In this document: one piece after another, positions 21,167 through 31,794 of the stretch
Layout of the letters: every line of letters begins with the position of its first letter
Position numbering within the stretch: the stretch's first letter is position 1
Origin: an uncultured Eubacteriales bacterium
Lineage (GTDB): Bacteria; Actinomycetota; Coriobacteriia; Anaerosomatales; JAUVQN01
Assembly (NCBI GenBank): GCA_964406675.1
Contig: CAYOSP010000001.1
Location: forward strand, 16,861 to 80,860
Direction of reading: 5' to 3'
DNA length: 64,000 bases
Notes under the pieces: model-generated
What the model was told of the DNA's origin: nothing
The model's input: the letters and a program-made list of their open reading frames with translations, nothing else
Database searches by the model: none
Position numbers and translations under genes: made by a program

Positions 21167-21206
21167 GGGCGCCTCAGCCCTCCGCCGGGCGCCTCAGCCC
21201 TCCGCG
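21167..21206. repeat. 20-nt tandem duplication spanning the purE stop codon
   Basis: The unit gggcgcctcagccctccgcc occurs at 21167-21186 and 21187-21206 with one mismatch. Both copies contain tca, the minus-strand TGA. Confidence 0.9.
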
Positions 21207-21655
21207 AGCGACCTCTTCAACGCGCGGACGGCTTCACGATGTTCCGGATGGGCTCCCCCGACGATCTGCGCGGCGAGGATCGCCGCGTTCCGGGCGCCGC
21301 CGATGGCCACGCACGCGACCGGCACGCCCTTGGGCATCTGCACCATCGAGAGCAGCGAGTCGAGCCCTCCGAGGTCCGACGTCTTCATCGGCACGCCGAC
21401 CACCGGCAGCGGCGTGAACGCCGCGACCACTCCGCCGAGGTGGGCCGCCTTGCCGGCGGCCGCGACGATCACCTCGATGCCGCGCCCCTCCGCGCCCGAC
21501 GCCCACTCGTGCACTCTCGCGGGCTGGCGGTGTGCCGAGGCGACCGTCATCTCGTAGGGTACGCCGAGCTCGTCGAGCGCGTCCGCGCAATCCTGCATGA
21601 CCGGTCGGTCGGATTCGCTCCCCATCACTATGCCTACCAGCGGCTTCTCGGCCAT
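21194..21655 (-). CDS. purE: N5-carboxyaminoimidazole ribonucleotide mutase (class I PurE)
   Basis: Trimmed to [16 protein letters not shown] (ATG 21655, GGAGGG upstream). The SAHR motif and [20 protein letters not shown] are present. Confidence 0.9.
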   Translation of the reverse strand: MAEKPLVGIVMGSESDRPVMQDCADALDELGVPYEMTVASAHRQPARVHEWASGAEGRGIEVIVAAAGKAAHLGGVVAAFTPLPVVGVPMKTSDLGGLDSLLSMVQMPKGVPVACVAIGGARNAAILAAQIVGGAHPEHREAVRALKRSLAEG

Positions 21656-21680
21656 GGTATCCCTCCATCGATCGCTTCCG

Positions 21681-22964
21681 TCATCCCTCACCGAACAGCA
21701 GCACGCGCTCGGCCTCGGGGAGACGCTCCCTGGCCTGGTCACGGAAGTTGTTCACGCCGGCGAAGAACTCCCGCATCATCGCCACGAGCAGATAGCGGCC
21801 CTTCGCCGTGAGCGTGAGGCGCTTCTCGTCGTCGACGTCGAACGCGCCCACCGCCTTGAAGAACGCGTACTCGCGCCACAGCCCCCGGCGCACGCTCACC
21901 CCGAAGTCGCGCTCGAAGCGCTCCTTGTCGAGCTCCAAGCCGAACAGTTCCATCATGAACCGGTACGCCATCCGTTCCCAGTGCCCGAATCCGCGCACCG
22001 CCGCGGTCGGCATCTCGCCGGCGTCCACCGACTCGTCGTACCGCCTCACCGAGAACGTGTTCACGTACAGCGCTCCGCCGAGGTAGCTGAACGACCCGCT
22101 CCCCGCGCCCACGTACTGCTCGTAGTCCACGATGTACTCGTCGATCATCCCGCCGCCCTTGCGCGAGAACGTCCACGCGCTCGCGGGTTCGAACCTCTCG
22201 GAGAGCCGCTCGTAGAGGATCCCGTAGTAGCGGTGCTCCCGTTTGTAGTCCACCGCCCCGATCGTCTCGGCGAGCCGGCGGCGCACCGCCTTCGACGTCA
22301 TGAGCGGGTAGAAGGTGACCTGGTTGCACCCCGATTCCTTCACGCGCTCGAGGTCGTCGCGCAGGATCGCCTCGGTCTGGCTCGGGAAGTTGAAGATCAT
22401 GTCGACGTTGAGCGAGTGGAACCTATCCGCCGTCTCCTGCAGGCGCTCCAGGATCTCAGCGCCGCTGCCGTACTTGTCGTAGCGTTCCATCTGCCTGAGC
22501 AGCCCGTCGTCGAAGCTCTGCACGCCCACGCTGAAGCGCTGCACGCGCTCGGTGAGCGGCTCGACGACGCGCTCGACGAGATGGTTGGGGTTGGTCTCGC
22601 AGGAGACCTCGCGAATGGCGAAGAGTCCCCGGGCGAGGTCGATGGTCGCGGTGAGCTCGTCGACCAGGATGGTGGGCGTGCCGCCGCCTACGTAGAGCGA
22701 AGCGAAGTCGTAGCCCATCGCCTCGATCATCCGCAACTCCTCGCGCAGGCGGCGGAAGTAGCCGCGCGCGGCGTCCTCCTCGAAGGGAAAGCGGTTGAAG
22801 GAGCAGTACGGGCAGAGCCGCTCGCAGAACGGCACGTGCGCGTAGAGCATGTAGGAGACGCCCGGCTCCGGGCCCGGGATCGTCGCGTCGGGATGCGGAT
22901 CCAGGTTGAGGACCTTCTCGTTCTCCCGCCGCAGGACCGTCGTCAGCAGGCGCTCGGCGAGCAC
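21681..22964 (-). CDS. Radical SAM protein of the HemN/HemW (oxygen-independent coproporphyrinogen oxidase-like) family
   Basis: Motifs are [16 protein letters not shown] (CxxxCxxC), LYVGGGTPT and [12 protein letters not shown] 22964 lies 1 nt after the purD stop. Confidence 0.85.
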   Translation of the reverse strand: MLAERLLTTVLRRENEKVLNLDPHPDATIPGPEPGVSYMLYAHVPFCERLCPYCSFNRFPFEEDAARGYFRRLREELRMIEAMGYDFASLYVGGGTPTILVDELTATIDLARGLFAIREVSCETNPNHLVERVVEPLTERVQRFSVGVQSFDDGLLRQMERYDKYGSGAEILERLQETADRFHSLNVDMIFNFPSQTEAILRDDLERVKESGCNQVTFYPLMTSKAVRRRLAETIGAVDYKREHRYYGILYERLSERFEPASAWTFSRKGGGMIDEYIVDYEQYVGAGSGSFSYLGGALYVNTFSVRRYDESVDAGEMPTAAVRGFGHWERMAYRFMMELFGLELDKERFERDFGVSVRRGLWREYAFFKAVGAFDVDDEKRLTLTAKGRYLLVAMMREFFAGVNNFRDQARERLPEAERVLLFGEG

Positions 22965-22965
22965 G

Positions 22966-24285
22966 CTACCGCCCCGTACCGCTCGCGGAGCCGCGGGCCG
23001 CGACCCCGGACTCGTCCCCGGACTCGTCCAACGCCTTCGCGCCGATGTCGCGGCGGTAGTGGGCACCCTCGAAGTCGATGCGCCCCACCGCCTCGTACGC
23101 GCGCTCGCGCGCCTCGGCGAGCGTGGGCGCCACGGCGGTCACGTTGAGCACGCGCCCTCCCGCGGTGAGCAGCCGATCGTCCTCGCGCCTCGTCCCAGCG
23201 TGATAGACGGTGACCCCTTCCGGCACGGCGGCCTCCTCGACGCCGATGATCGCCTTGCCCTTCTCGTAGGAGCCCGGATAGCCGCCCGAGGCCATCACCA
23301 CGGAGAGCGCCGCGTCCCCGCTCCACGCGAGGTCGACCTCGTGCAGACGGCCCTCGGCGGTCGCGAGGAGCACGTCGAGCAGGTCGGTCTCGAGCAGCGG
23401 CAGCACCACCTGGGTCTCCGGGTCACCGAAGCGGGCGTTGAACTCGAGCACCTTCGGTCCCTCGTCGGTGAGGATGAAGCCGCCGTAGAGCACGCCGCTG
23501 TACGGAACCCCCATGTCGGCGAGCCCGGACACGACGCGTTCGATGGTCTCGCGCATCATGTCCACCGCGGCCCCGTCGGCCGCGGGCACCGGCGAGTACA
23601 CGCCCATGCCGCCCGTGTTCGGGCCGGTGTCTCCCTCGAAGACCGGCTTGTGGTCCTGTGCGGGCACCATGTGACGCACCGTGCTCCCGTCGGTGAAGGA
23701 GAGCAGCGAGCACTCCTGGCCGACCAGCTTCTCCTCGAGCACCACCCGGCTGCCCGCCTCGCCGAAGCGACCGCCGAAGCACTCCTCGATCGCCGTCGCA
23801 GCCTCCTCGGCCGTCTCCGCCACGGTCACGCCCTTACCGGCGGCCAGACCGTCGGCTTTCACCACGATCGGCGCGCCGACCTCGGCGAGATACGTATGCG
23901 CCTCGGTGGCGGTCTCGAAGGTGCGGGCCCTCGCGGTGGGGATACCGAGGCGCTCCATGACCTCTTTCGCGAAGCTCTTCGAGCCCTCGATCCGCGCACC
24001 GGCGGCGTCGGGACCGAACACCCTCATGCCGGTCGCGCGGAGCCGGTCCGCGGCGCCCGCGACGAGAGGCGCCTCAGGACCGATGACGACGAGGTCGGGC
24101 GCGATCGCCTTCGCCTCGGCCTCGACCGCCGCCGGGTCCTCGATGTCGAACGAGAGATGCTCGGCGAGCTCCGCCGTCCCGCCGTTACCGGGCGCGACGA
24201 ACAGGTCGGGGTGGTGTCCGGACCGCGAGAGCGCCAGCGCGATCGCGTGTTCGCGGCCTCCGCCACCGAGTAACAGGACACGCAC
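22966..24285 (-). CDS. purD: Phosphoribosylamine-glycine ligase
   Basis: Track ORF of 439 aa with MRVLLLGGGGREHA, PGNGGTA, the ATP-grasp motif KADGLAAGKGV and LEFNARFGDPE. The C-terminal DESGDESG comes from a 12-nt duplication at 23003-23026. Confidence 0.93.
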   Translation of the reverse strand: MRVLLLGGGGREHAIALALSRSGHHPDLFVAPGNGGTAELAEHLSFDIEDPAAVEAEAKAIAPDLVVIGPEAPLVAGAADRLRATGMRVFGPDAAGARIEGSKSFAKEVMERLGIPTARARTFETATEAHTYLAEVGAPIVVKADGLAAGKGVTVAETAEEAATAIEECFGGRFGEAGSRVVLEEKLVGQECSLLSFTDGSTVRHMVPAQDHKPVFEGDTGPNTGGMGVYSPVPAADGAAVDMMRETIERVVSGLADMGVPYSGVLYGGFILTDEGPKVLEFNARFGDPETQVVLPLLETDLLDVLLATAEGRLHEVDLAWSGDAALSVVMASGGYPGSYEKGKAIIGVEEAAVPEGVTVYHAGTRREDDRLLTAGGRVLNVTAVAPTLAEARERAYEAVGRIDFEGAHYRRDIGAKALDESGDESGVAARGSASGTGR

Positions 24286-24383
24286 GTGGGATCACCCTCA
24301 TCCAGGTCGAGAGCAGGCGCAATGATTGTAGCGGAAGCCGAGCACCCGGCCGGACGCGCCGGTCTCTCCGGTCGTCCCCGGTC

Positions 24384-25673
24384 TCAGATCCGGCGCTCCC
24401 AGCGCCGCAGGATCGTCTGCGCGCGCTCCGGACCCACCGCGATGACCGAGACCGGCACCTCCGCGAGATCCTCGAGGAACATGATGTAGTCCCGCGCGGC
24501 CTTGGGCAACTCCTCGAAGCTGCGGCATCCGGTGATGTCGTCGTCCCAACCCGGCAGGTCCTCGTACACGGGTCGTGCGTGATGGAACACGGTCTGGTGA
24601 CAGGGGAGCTCGCTGTAGAGACTGCCGTCGTAGAGGTACTGCGTGCACACCTTGATCGTCTCCAGCTCGCTCAGGACGTCGAGCTTGGTGACCACCAGGT
24701 CCGTGATCCCCGAGACCTTCACCGCGTACCGGGCGATCAGCCCGTCGAACCAGCCCGCGCGCCGCTTCCTGCCGGTCGTGGTCCCGTACTCGCCGCCCTT
24801 GCTGATGAGATGCTCGCCCACCTCGTCGTGCAGCTCCGTCGGGAAGGGCCCGGAGCCGACCCGGGTGATGTAGGCCTTGGCGATCCCGAGGACGCGGTCG
24901 ATCGCCCTAGGTCCCACGCCGACGCCGGTGCACGCGCCTCCGGCCACGGGACTCGACGAGGTGACGAACGGGTACGTGCCGTGATCGAGGTCGAGCATCG
25001 TGCCCTGGGCGCCCTCGAACAGCACCCACTGGTCGGCCTCGAGCGCGCGATTGATGATGCTGCTCGTCTCGGCGATGTGGGGCTTGATGCGTTCCGCGTA
25101 GCGGAGGTACTCGTCGGCGATCTCGTCCACGGTGTACGTGCGCAAGCCGTACACCTTCTTCAGGATCGCGTTCTTCTCGACGAGCGCCGCCTCGACCTTC
25201 TTCCGGAGGATGTGCGGATCCGTGAGGTCCTGCACGCGCAGACCCATGCGCGAGGCCTTGTCCATGTACGCCGGGCCGATGCCGCGCCTCGTCGTGCCGA
25301 TCTCCTGCTTGCCGAGCCTGCGCTCGCTCGCCCCGTCGAGGTCCTTGTGGTACGGCATGATGAGGTGCGCGTTGCCCGAGATGAGCAGGCGGTGCGTGGA
25401 CAGCCCGTCGGCCTCGAGGCGGTCCATCTCCTCGAGCAGCACCTCCGGATCGACCACGCACCCGTTGCCGATCACCGGCGTGATGTGCGGATACATGATG
25501 CCGGAGGGGATGAGGTGCAGCTTGAGCGTACGCCCGCCGTGGATGACCGTGTGACCGGCGTTGTTGCCGCCCTGGAAGCGCACGACGTAGTCGAAGTCGT
25601 CCGCGATGAGGTCGGTGATCTTACCTTTGCCTTCGTCGCCCCATTGGGCGCCGAGCAGCACGATGCCGGGCAT
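24384..25673 (-). CDS. purA: Adenylosuccinate synthetase
   Basis: Track ORF of 429 aa with [30 protein letters not shown] and TTGRKRR. Confidence 0.95.
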   Translation of the reverse strand: MPGIVLLGAQWGDEGKGKITDLIADDFDYVVRFQGGNNAGHTVIHGGRTLKLHLIPSGIMYPHITPVIGNGCVVDPEVLLEEMDRLEADGLSTHRLLISGNAHLIMPYHKDLDGASERRLGKQEIGTTRRGIGPAYMDKASRMGLRVQDLTDPHILRKKVEAALVEKNAILKKVYGLRTYTVDEIADEYLRYAERIKPHIAETSSIINRALEADQWVLFEGAQGTMLDLDHGTYPFVTSSSPVAGGACTGVGVGPRAIDRVLGIAKAYITRVGSGPFPTELHDEVGEHLISKGGEYGTTTGRKRRAGWFDGLIARYAVKVSGITDLVVTKLDVLSELETIKVCTQYLYDGSLYSELPCHQTVFHHARPVYEDLPGWDDDITGCRSFEELPKAARDYIMFLEDLAEVPVSVIAVGPERAQTILRRWERRI

Positions 25674-25770
25674 GACTGCCTTCCGTCGGGTCCGCGACGT
25701 AGGCAGTATGACGTACGCACCCTGCAGGGTCGAGCCGGCGGACCGGCGGCGCGTGTCGTCCAGCCCCTGC

Positions 25771-27633
25771 TCAGCCGTCCGGCGGCGACTCCGCAGGCGG
25801 GTCCGGGGGCGGATCCGGCAGCGGGTCCGCGGCCGACTTCGCGGGTGGCGGCTCCTTCGGCAGCACGAGCGTGAACGTGGAACCCGTCCCGGGCGTGCTC
25901 GTCACCTCGATGTCCCCGCCGAGAAGGCGCGCGAGGCGCCGGGAGATCGCCAGACCCAGGCCGATCCCGCTCGAGGAGTCCTTGGCGGTCCGCCCCAGTC
26001 TGGAGAAGTCCTCGAAGAGCAGGGGGACCTCGTCGGGCGCGATCCCCGGCCCCGAGTCCTCGACGCCGATCCGTACCTCCGTCTCGCCCTCCTCGAGGAC
26101 GATCCGCACCCAGCCCGACTCGGTGAACTTGATCGCGTTCGACAGGAGGTTCATCGCGATCTGCCGCACCTTCTCATCGTCGGTGATCACCCGCACCGGG
26201 CGACGCGGGCACTCCGTCTCGAATGAGAGCGTCGCGTCATCGACCATCGGGCGCATGAGCTCCGTCATCTCGCGCATCGACTCACAGAGATCCGTCTCGC
26301 GGTACACGACATCGTCACGGCCGTATTCCGCCCTCGAGAGATCGAGGATCTGGTCCACCAGGCGGAGCAGCCGCCGCCCCGACTCCCGGATCATCCCGAC
26401 CTGCCTGCGCTGTTCTTCTGTGAGCTCGCCGGCCATGCCGTCGTGCAGCATGCCGCTGAACCCGATGACGGCGTTCAGGGGCGTGCGCAGCTCGTGACTC
26501 ATCGCCGCCAGGAAGTCGTCCTTCGCGCGGTTCGCGAGCCGGAGCTCGTCTGCCACGCGCGCCAACTCCTCCGTGCGCCTGGCGACCAGCTCCTCGAGAC
26601 GACCGCGATACTCGCGTACCTCACGCTCGGACCGGCGGCGCGCCGAGATGTCGTGGATCGTGGAGAGGAGGTACTCCTTGCCGTCGATCCTGATCGGCCC
26701 CGTGTACACTTCCACGTCCCGGATCCGGCCCGAGGCCACCGCGTGGCGGAACTCGAAGTGGTCGCGCTCCTGAGCGCGCGCGAGCCGCATCTCGGCCTCC
26801 ACCTCGGGTTCTGAGAGCTGGTTGATGTCCTGGACGCGCATGTGCGTGAGCTGACGGCGACTCCAGCCGTAGAAGCGCACCGCCGCCTCGCTCGCGTCGA
26901 CGATGGATCCGTCGTCCGGATCGACCAGCAGCTGCGGCTGCGAGTTCTCCAGGAACAGCCGACGGTAACGCGCTTCGCTCGAAGCGAGCTGTTCGCGCAC
27001 CACCTCCATGTGGTCGAGCAGGATGCCGAGCGCCACGACCATGGCGAGGACTGATGCGAGCAGGTATCCCCACGGCGCGAACCATTCCACGAAGCGCAGG
27101 ACCGCGTAGTCCCACTTGTGCAGACCCCAGAGGACGAACGCCCACCCGACGGTCGCCGACCATATCGAGGGGCGCACCTTCCTCGAGCGCAGCCAAGCCC
27201 AGCCGGAGACGAGGTAAGCCGCGCCGATCAGGGCGAACGGGAGGGACACGACCACCTCGGGCGCCCCGCCCGAGAGCGTCGCGACGATCGCCCACAGACC
27301 GGCCGAGGCGCCGGCGCCGCCGATCGCCCACCGATGCCACGCGACGAACCGCACGCCGACGAACCGAAGGGACCCCGTGAGCAGCAGCGCCGCATTGGCC
27401 ACCGTCAAGAGGGCGGCCGCCGCGAGCCAGGGCTCCCGAGGCCCGATCGGATACGCGTATCCGATCTCGGCAGCGAAGCGCAGGCAGTAGGCGACCCAGG
27501 CGACGCTCCATTCGAGCAGGTAGATCCTGCGTTCACGGACGTAGAGGCTCAGCGTGACGACTGCCAGCACCAGCGAGGTCACCAGGCTCGCCACGAGCGC
27601 GGGCAGCAACCACGAGTCGATGTGCACGTCCAT
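25771..27633 (-). CDS. Sensor histidine kinase (polytopic N-terminal domain, PAS, HisKA, HATPase_c)
   Basis: Track ORF of 620 aa with about 6-7 hydrophobic helices, a PAS domain ([18 protein letters not shown]), an H-box ([10 protein letters not shown]) and N/G boxes ([23 protein letters not shown]). Confidence 0.85.
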   Translation of the reverse strand: MDVHIDSWLLPALVASLVTSLVLAVVTLSLYVRERRIYLLEWSVAWVAYCLRFAAEIGYAYPIGPREPWLAAAALLTVANAALLLTGSLRFVGVRFVAWHRWAIGGAGASAGLWAIVATLSGGAPEVVVSLPFALIGAAYLVSGWAWLRSRKVRPSIWSATVGWAFVLWGLHKWDYAVLRFVEWFAPWGYLLASVLAMVVALGILLDHMEVVREQLASSEARYRRLFLENSQPQLLVDPDDGSIVDASEAAVRFYGWSRRQLTHMRVQDINQLSEPEVEAEMRLARAQERDHFEFRHAVASGRIRDVEVYTGPIRIDGKEYLLSTIHDISARRRSEREVREYRGRLEELVARRTEELARVADELRLANRAKDDFLAAMSHELRTPLNAVIGFSGMLHDGMAGELTEEQRRQVGMIRESGRRLLRLVDQILDLSRAEYGRDDVVYRETDLCESMREMTELMRPMVDDATLSFETECPRRPVRVITDDEKVRQIAMNLLSNAIKFTESGWVRIVLEEGETEVRIGVEDSGPGIAPDEVPLLFEDFSRLGRTAKDSSSGIGLGLAISRRLARLLGGDIEVTSTPGTGSTFTLVLPKEPPPAKSAADPLPDPPPDPPAESPPDG

Positions 27634-27835
27634 GTGTGGCCCGCATCCCTTCGCAGCCCGCGTGACGCCCGCACTCTACGCCGCGCTGCCAGATTACCGC
27701 ATCGTGACGTCATCGCGACCGCTCGGACCGCACGGGCCGGTGCGGGGTATGCTCGTCGTGATCGCGCCCGCGCTCGATGGAGCGGGACGTGAGAGCGCAA
27801 GCGCGACATGGACGCGCAGGGAAGGAGACGGCAGG

Positions 27836-28552
27836 ATGCATCGCACACGTCATCGCAACGTACTCAGGAGCGCGTCGAGAGGGCGGCCGCACCTCGTGTG
27901 GCTCACGACCCTCGCACTCATACTCGCGGCGGCCGCTCCGCTGCTCGCCGGCTGCGACGGGACCGAGGACGCCGGGGTCGACACCGGCGCCGAGACCGAC
28001 GCGGACGGGGCGGGCGAGGACGACGAGGGCACCGACGGCGAGCCTGACGAGCAAGCCGACGGGGAGGACGGCACGGACGAGGGCGCCGACGGGACCGAGC
28101 CGGACGACGGCGTCGTCGAGAGCCCGGTCGCGCTCTACTTCGCCTACGCGGGCGGCAACGCGCTGGCCGTGGACCGCGAGGTGGAGACCACCGACACGCT
28201 CCCCGAGGCGGCGATGAAGGAGCTGCTCGCCGGGCCCACGGAGGCCGAGCTCGAGACCTGGCCGGCGCTGGGCACCGAGATACCCGAGGGCACGCGGCTC
28301 CTCGGGCTCGAGATCGAGGACGGTGTCGCGCTCGTCGACCTGTCGGAGGAGTTCGAACAGGGGGGCGGCACCGCATCGATCACCGCCCGCATCGCGCAGG
28401 TCGTCTACACGCTCACCGAGCACGAGGAGATCGACGCGGTGGAGTTCTACCTCGAGGGCGAGCGCGTGGAGGTGTTCTCGGGCGAGGGCCTCATGCTCGA
28501 CGAGCCCCAGACGCGCGAGGACTACGAGGAACTCGTCCCGATCGACGCGTGA
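27836..28552 (+). CDS. GerMN-domain lipoprotein
   Basis: ATG 27836 follows GAAGGAG. The lipobox is LLAGC, followed by an acidic linker and then ALYFAY...AMKELLAGPT...IPEGTRLLGLEIEDGVALVDLSEEF. Confidence 0.75.
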   Translation: MHRTRHRNVLRSASRGRPHLVWLTTLALILAAAAPLLAGCDGTEDAGVDTGAETDADGAGEDDEGTDGEPDEQADGEDGTDEGADGTEPDDGVVESPVALYFAYAGGNALAVDREVETTDTLPEAAMKELLAGPTEAELETWPALGTEIPEGTRLLGLEIEDGVALVDLSEEFEQGGGTASITARIAQVVYTLTEHEEIDAVEFYLEGERVEVFSGEGLMLDEPQTREDYEELVPIDA

Positions 28553-28562
28553 GGAGGCCCGC

Positions 28563-29165
28563 ATGAAGACCCGACTCGGTCCGCAGAACCGGCTCTTCCC
28601 CGCCCCCGTCCCGCTCGTGCTGAGCGGGACGGGCGACGAGGCGAGCATGCTCGCCGTCGCCTGGGCGACCATCGTCGGCAGCAAGCCGCCCTCCCTCGCG
28701 ATGGCGCTCGGGCGTCGCCATCACACGGTCGACCTCATCGAGCGCACCGGCGAGTTCACCGTCAACGTCCCCCCGGTCTCCCTCGCCGAGGAGGTCGACT
28801 ACTGCGGGCTCGTGTCCGGCCGCGACGTCGACAAGACGGCACGCTGTGGCTTCACCCTGCTGCCGTCCGCCGTGGTCGGCCCGCCGATCATCGAGGAGTG
28901 CCCCTACAACCTGGAGTGCCGCGTCTCGGAGACGTTCGACATGCCCACGGGCACCCTGCTCGTGGTCGGCGAGGTCCTGGAGGCGCACGCGGACGCCGAG
29001 CTCGTCCGGGAGAACGGGCGCGACGTCGACATCGCCCGCCTCGACCCCCTCGTCTACATCACCGGCAACCGCGAGTACTTCCGGCTCGGCGAGCGCGTGG
29101 CCGACGCCTACCGCATCGGGCGCCGGCTCGACGAGGAGTCGGAAGCCGAGCACGAGGACGGGTGA
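28563..29165 (+). CDS. Flavin reductase-like (FMN-binding split-barrel) protein
   Basis: ATG 28563 follows GAGGAGG. The sequence (PVPLVLSGT, MLAVAWATIVGSKPP, TGEFTVNVP) is consistent with the family. Confidence 0.8.
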   Translation: MKTRLGPQNRLFPAPVPLVLSGTGDEASMLAVAWATIVGSKPPSLAMALGRRHHTVDLIERTGEFTVNVPPVSLAEEVDYCGLVSGRDVDKTARCGFTLLPSAVVGPPIIEECPYNLECRVSETFDMPTGTLLVVGEVLEAHADAELVRENGRDVDIARLDPLVYITGNREYFRLGERVADAYRIGRRLDEESEAEHEDG

Positions 29166-30232
29166 CGGTCCGGGGTCCGGCGCCGGAGCGGGATCAGGTA
29201 CCCGACCCCGCGCGCGAGGTGCAGCGACACGAGCACGAGCGGGGCGAGCACGCCGACGCACGCGTCGCGACGCGTGAATGCCCCTCGGACGCCGACCGAG
29301 ACCGCCGCGGCGAGGTAGGCGGCGACCGGGGCGAGCGCCCACCTGCGCAGACGACGTGACGCGAGTGACGCGACCGCCAGCACCGGCAGGGCGACGGTCC
29401 ACGCCGCGACCGCGAGGTGGGCGCCGCGATGCGTCCCCAACCGGCGGCTCGCGGACCCCATCGCCACGTTCCGGCGCATGAACGCGCGGTACGTGGTGTC
29501 ACGCAGGTGCCCCACCCGCGCGTCCGGGGCGTGGACCACCCGGTACCCGGCCGCTTCCACCCTCCGACCCAGATCGACGTCCTCGTGCACCTCGAGCGAC
29601 TCGTCGAAGACGTGCGGGACCCCCACGGAGGCGGCTCTCGGGATCGCCGCGGAGGCGGCCACCTCGGCCGGGATCATCATGTTCCACAGCTTCGGATAGT
29701 AGCGCCCGGCACGGACCCCGGTCCTCCCTCCCCGCACGCTCCCGGCGCCGAGCGGCGAGTGCAGCACGACGTCCAGCGCCACGTCGAACGACGAACGGGA
29801 TTCGAGTTCGTCGGAGCCTCCGAGCAGACCGAGCCCGGGCTCCGACGCGATCGCCTCGTCCATACGGGTCAGCCAGTCTCGCCGGAACAGCGCGTCGTCG
29901 TCCGCGAAGGCGAGGTACCGGCCGCGCGCCTGATCGCAGGCCCGGTTGAGCGCGACGGAGCGGTTCGGCCCGACGGTGCGGCCCGGCCCTTCGACCGCAG
30001 CCTCCCTCGGGCACCCCACCCAGCGGATCGGGAACGGGGCGACCTCCGCCGCGCGCCGCACGATCGCGCGAGCCTCCTCGTCGTCCGTCGCTCCGGCGAC
30101 CAGCGCTTCGACACGGTCGGCGGGGTAGTCGAGGGCACACAGCGTGCGCAGCGAATCCGCGAGCATGCAGCCGCCGTGGACCACCGGCAGGATGACGCTA
30201 TAGCGCGGCGCGCCAGGGGCCTCAGCGGTCAC
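29108..30232 (-). CDS. Family 2 glycosyltransferase with a C-terminal membrane segment
   Basis: Motifs are YSVILPVVHGG and the DxD-type FADDDALF. The hydrophobic tail is AVAAWTVALPVLAVASL. The GTG start overlaps the upstream radical SAM gene by 11 nt. Confidence 0.8.
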   Translation of the reverse strand: MTAEAPGAPRYSVILPVVHGGCMLADSLRTLCALDYPADRVEALVAGATDDEEARAIVRRAAEVAPFPIRWVGCPREAAVEGPGRTVGPNRSVALNRACDQARGRYLAFADDDALFRRDWLTRMDEAIASEPGLGLLGGSDELESRSSFDVALDVVLHSPLGAGSVRGGRTGVRAGRYYPKLWNMMIPAEVAASAAIPRAASVGVPHVFDESLEVHEDVDLGRRVEAAGYRVVHAPDARVGHLRDTTYRAFMRRNVAMGSASRRLGTHRGAHLAVAAWTVALPVLAVASLASRRLRRWALAPVAAYLAAAVSVGVRGAFTRRDACVGVLAPLVLVSLHLARGVGYLIPLRRRTPDRHPSSCSASDSSSSRRPMR

Positions 30233-31352
30233 GGAACCACTCCGTCTCGATCACGGTGTCCTCGGCGCGCATCCCGCGATACGTGCAGCGGCTGCAGTGG
30301 TGGTATTCGTTGCGACCCTCGTGGAAGCCGTCGCGGAACGCTCGGGCCACGGGACCGCGCCAGATCCGCAGCCACCCGCCGTCCTCCGGATACGACCCGA
30401 ACGCGAGCGACGCGTCGTGGTCGTACTCGCACGAGATCACGGTCCCGCGCGCGTCCACGGTGATCCGCCGCGAGGGCCGATCGCATCCGAACCGCGCCGC
30501 ATCCGGCCCATCCCCGGACCGCCGGTAGCGCGACGCCTCCGGCTCGTAACGGTCACCGAGCTCGAAGGGCTCGTCGACCGTCTTGACGCTGAAGACGTCG
30601 ACGCCCGCGTCGCGAGCCCATCGGCGAGCGGCCTCGAGTTCGTGTTCGTTGTGGTGCATGATCACGAACCGCATGTTCAGCCTCGGTGTCGGACTCCCGA
30701 GACGTTCGCGGGCGGCGACGAGTCCCAGGACGTTGGCACGCGCGGTCTCGAGGTCCCCGCCCACGCGGTACCGCTCGTAGGTCTCCTGGGTGGCGCCGTC
30801 GACGGCGAACACGATGCTGTCCAGCCCGCTGCGCACCATCCGTTCCGCCCCGTCGGGCCCCAGCGGCACGTTGCCGTTCGTGCTCACATGCACCGCGATC
30901 CCCGCCCGCTTCGCGTACCCGACCATCTCCCAGAGGTCCGGGTGCAGCAGCGGCTCTCCCCACATCCACAGCACCATGAGCAGCACGCTGTCGGCGAGCT
31001 CGTCGACCAGGCTGCGGAACACCGCGGGGTCCATGTACGTGCCGTACGCGCGAGACCCTTGCTCGCGCCTCACGCGGGTGAGGCACTGTGGGCACGACAG
31101 GTTGCAGTGATCGACGGGCTCGACCTGCGCGATGAGCGGCCCCGCGGTCGGGTGGGAGCGGCCGAGCGTCCGGTCCAGACCGGCTGCGATGAGGTTCCTG
31201 CGCCTCGCCCGTCCCACGGGCCGCACCTCGAACGGCAACCCTTCGAATCGGAAGCGGAAGCGGTCTCTGAGCACGAGGTCCGCGACCTTCCACGCATCCG
31301 CCGCCGCCGAGCGCTTCTTGGTCGTCACCCACCACTCCCGCATCGGGTACAT
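30222..31352 (-). CDS. Radical SAM protein with a SPASM/twitch-like Cys-rich C-terminus
   Basis: Motifs are VDHCNLSCPQC (CxxxCxxC) and WGEPLLHPD, with C-terminal Cys residues (FGCD..ISCEYD..HHCSRCTY). An alternative start at ATG 31343 has better spacing from AAGGAG. Confidence 0.8.
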   Translation of the reverse strand: MYPMREWWVTTKKRSAAADAWKVADLVLRDRFRFRFEGLPFEVRPVGRARRRNLIAAGLDRTLGRSHPTAGPLIAQVEPVDHCNLSCPQCLTRVRREQGSRAYGTYMDPAVFRSLVDELADSVLLMVLWMWGEPLLHPDLWEMVGYAKRAGIAVHVSTNGNVPLGPDGAERMVRSGLDSIVFAVDGATQETYERYRVGGDLETARANVLGLVAARERLGSPTPRLNMRFVIMHHNEHELEAARRWARDAGVDVFSVKTVDEPFELGDRYEPEASRYRRSGDGPDAARFGCDRPSRRITVDARGTVISCEYDHDASLAFGSYPEDGGWLRIWRGPVARAFRDGFHEGRNEYHHCSRCTYRGMRAEDTVIETEWFRDR

Positions 31353-31389
31353 GCTCCTTGCACCCTACCGTCAAGGAAAGGAGTCGGGA

Positions 31390-31794
31390 ATGGCTTCCGC
31401 ACGAGTGGTCGACGTCCTATCGATCAAGATGCCCACGCAGGTGGGGCTCACGGCGCGCGTGGCCGAGGCGCTCAAGAAGGCGGGGGTCGACATCACCTCG
31501 CTCTGCGCGTGGGAGTCCGAGGGAGAGGCGACGTTCCAGTTCACGGTGGACGACGTGGCCGCCGCGGCTCAGGTCTTCCAGGCCATGGATGTCGAACTGA
31601 CCAAGCGCACCGCCGTCCAGGTGACCATGCCGCACCGGGCGGGCGCTCTGCAGGAGGTCGCCGAGAAGGTCGCGCAGGGAGGGCTGAACATCTCGCATCT
31701 CTACGCCACGGCGAGTCCCGGGATGGACGAAGCCGTCGTCATCATGTTCACGGAGGACGACGCTCGCGCCGCCGAGGTCGCGAGTCTCGCCTAG
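31390..31794 (+). CDS. Tandem ACT-domain protein
   Basis: ATG 31390 follows AAAGGAG. Two ACT-like halves are present (LSIKMPTQVGLTARVAEALKKAGVDI and VTMPHRAGALQEVAEKVAQGGLNI). Confidence 0.7.
   Translation: MASARVVDVLSIKMPTQVGLTARVAEALKKAGVDITSLCAWESEGEATFQFTVDDVAAAAQVFQAMDVELTKRTAVQVTMPHRAGALQEVAEKVAQGGLNISHLYATASPGMDEAVVIMFTEDDARAAEVASLA

Noticed and set aside
27705-27712. The 8-bp palindrome TGACGTCA in the kinase/GerMN divergent region as a CRP-type operator
   Set aside because: It is too short, the flanks do not extend the symmetry, and it could easily occur by chance.
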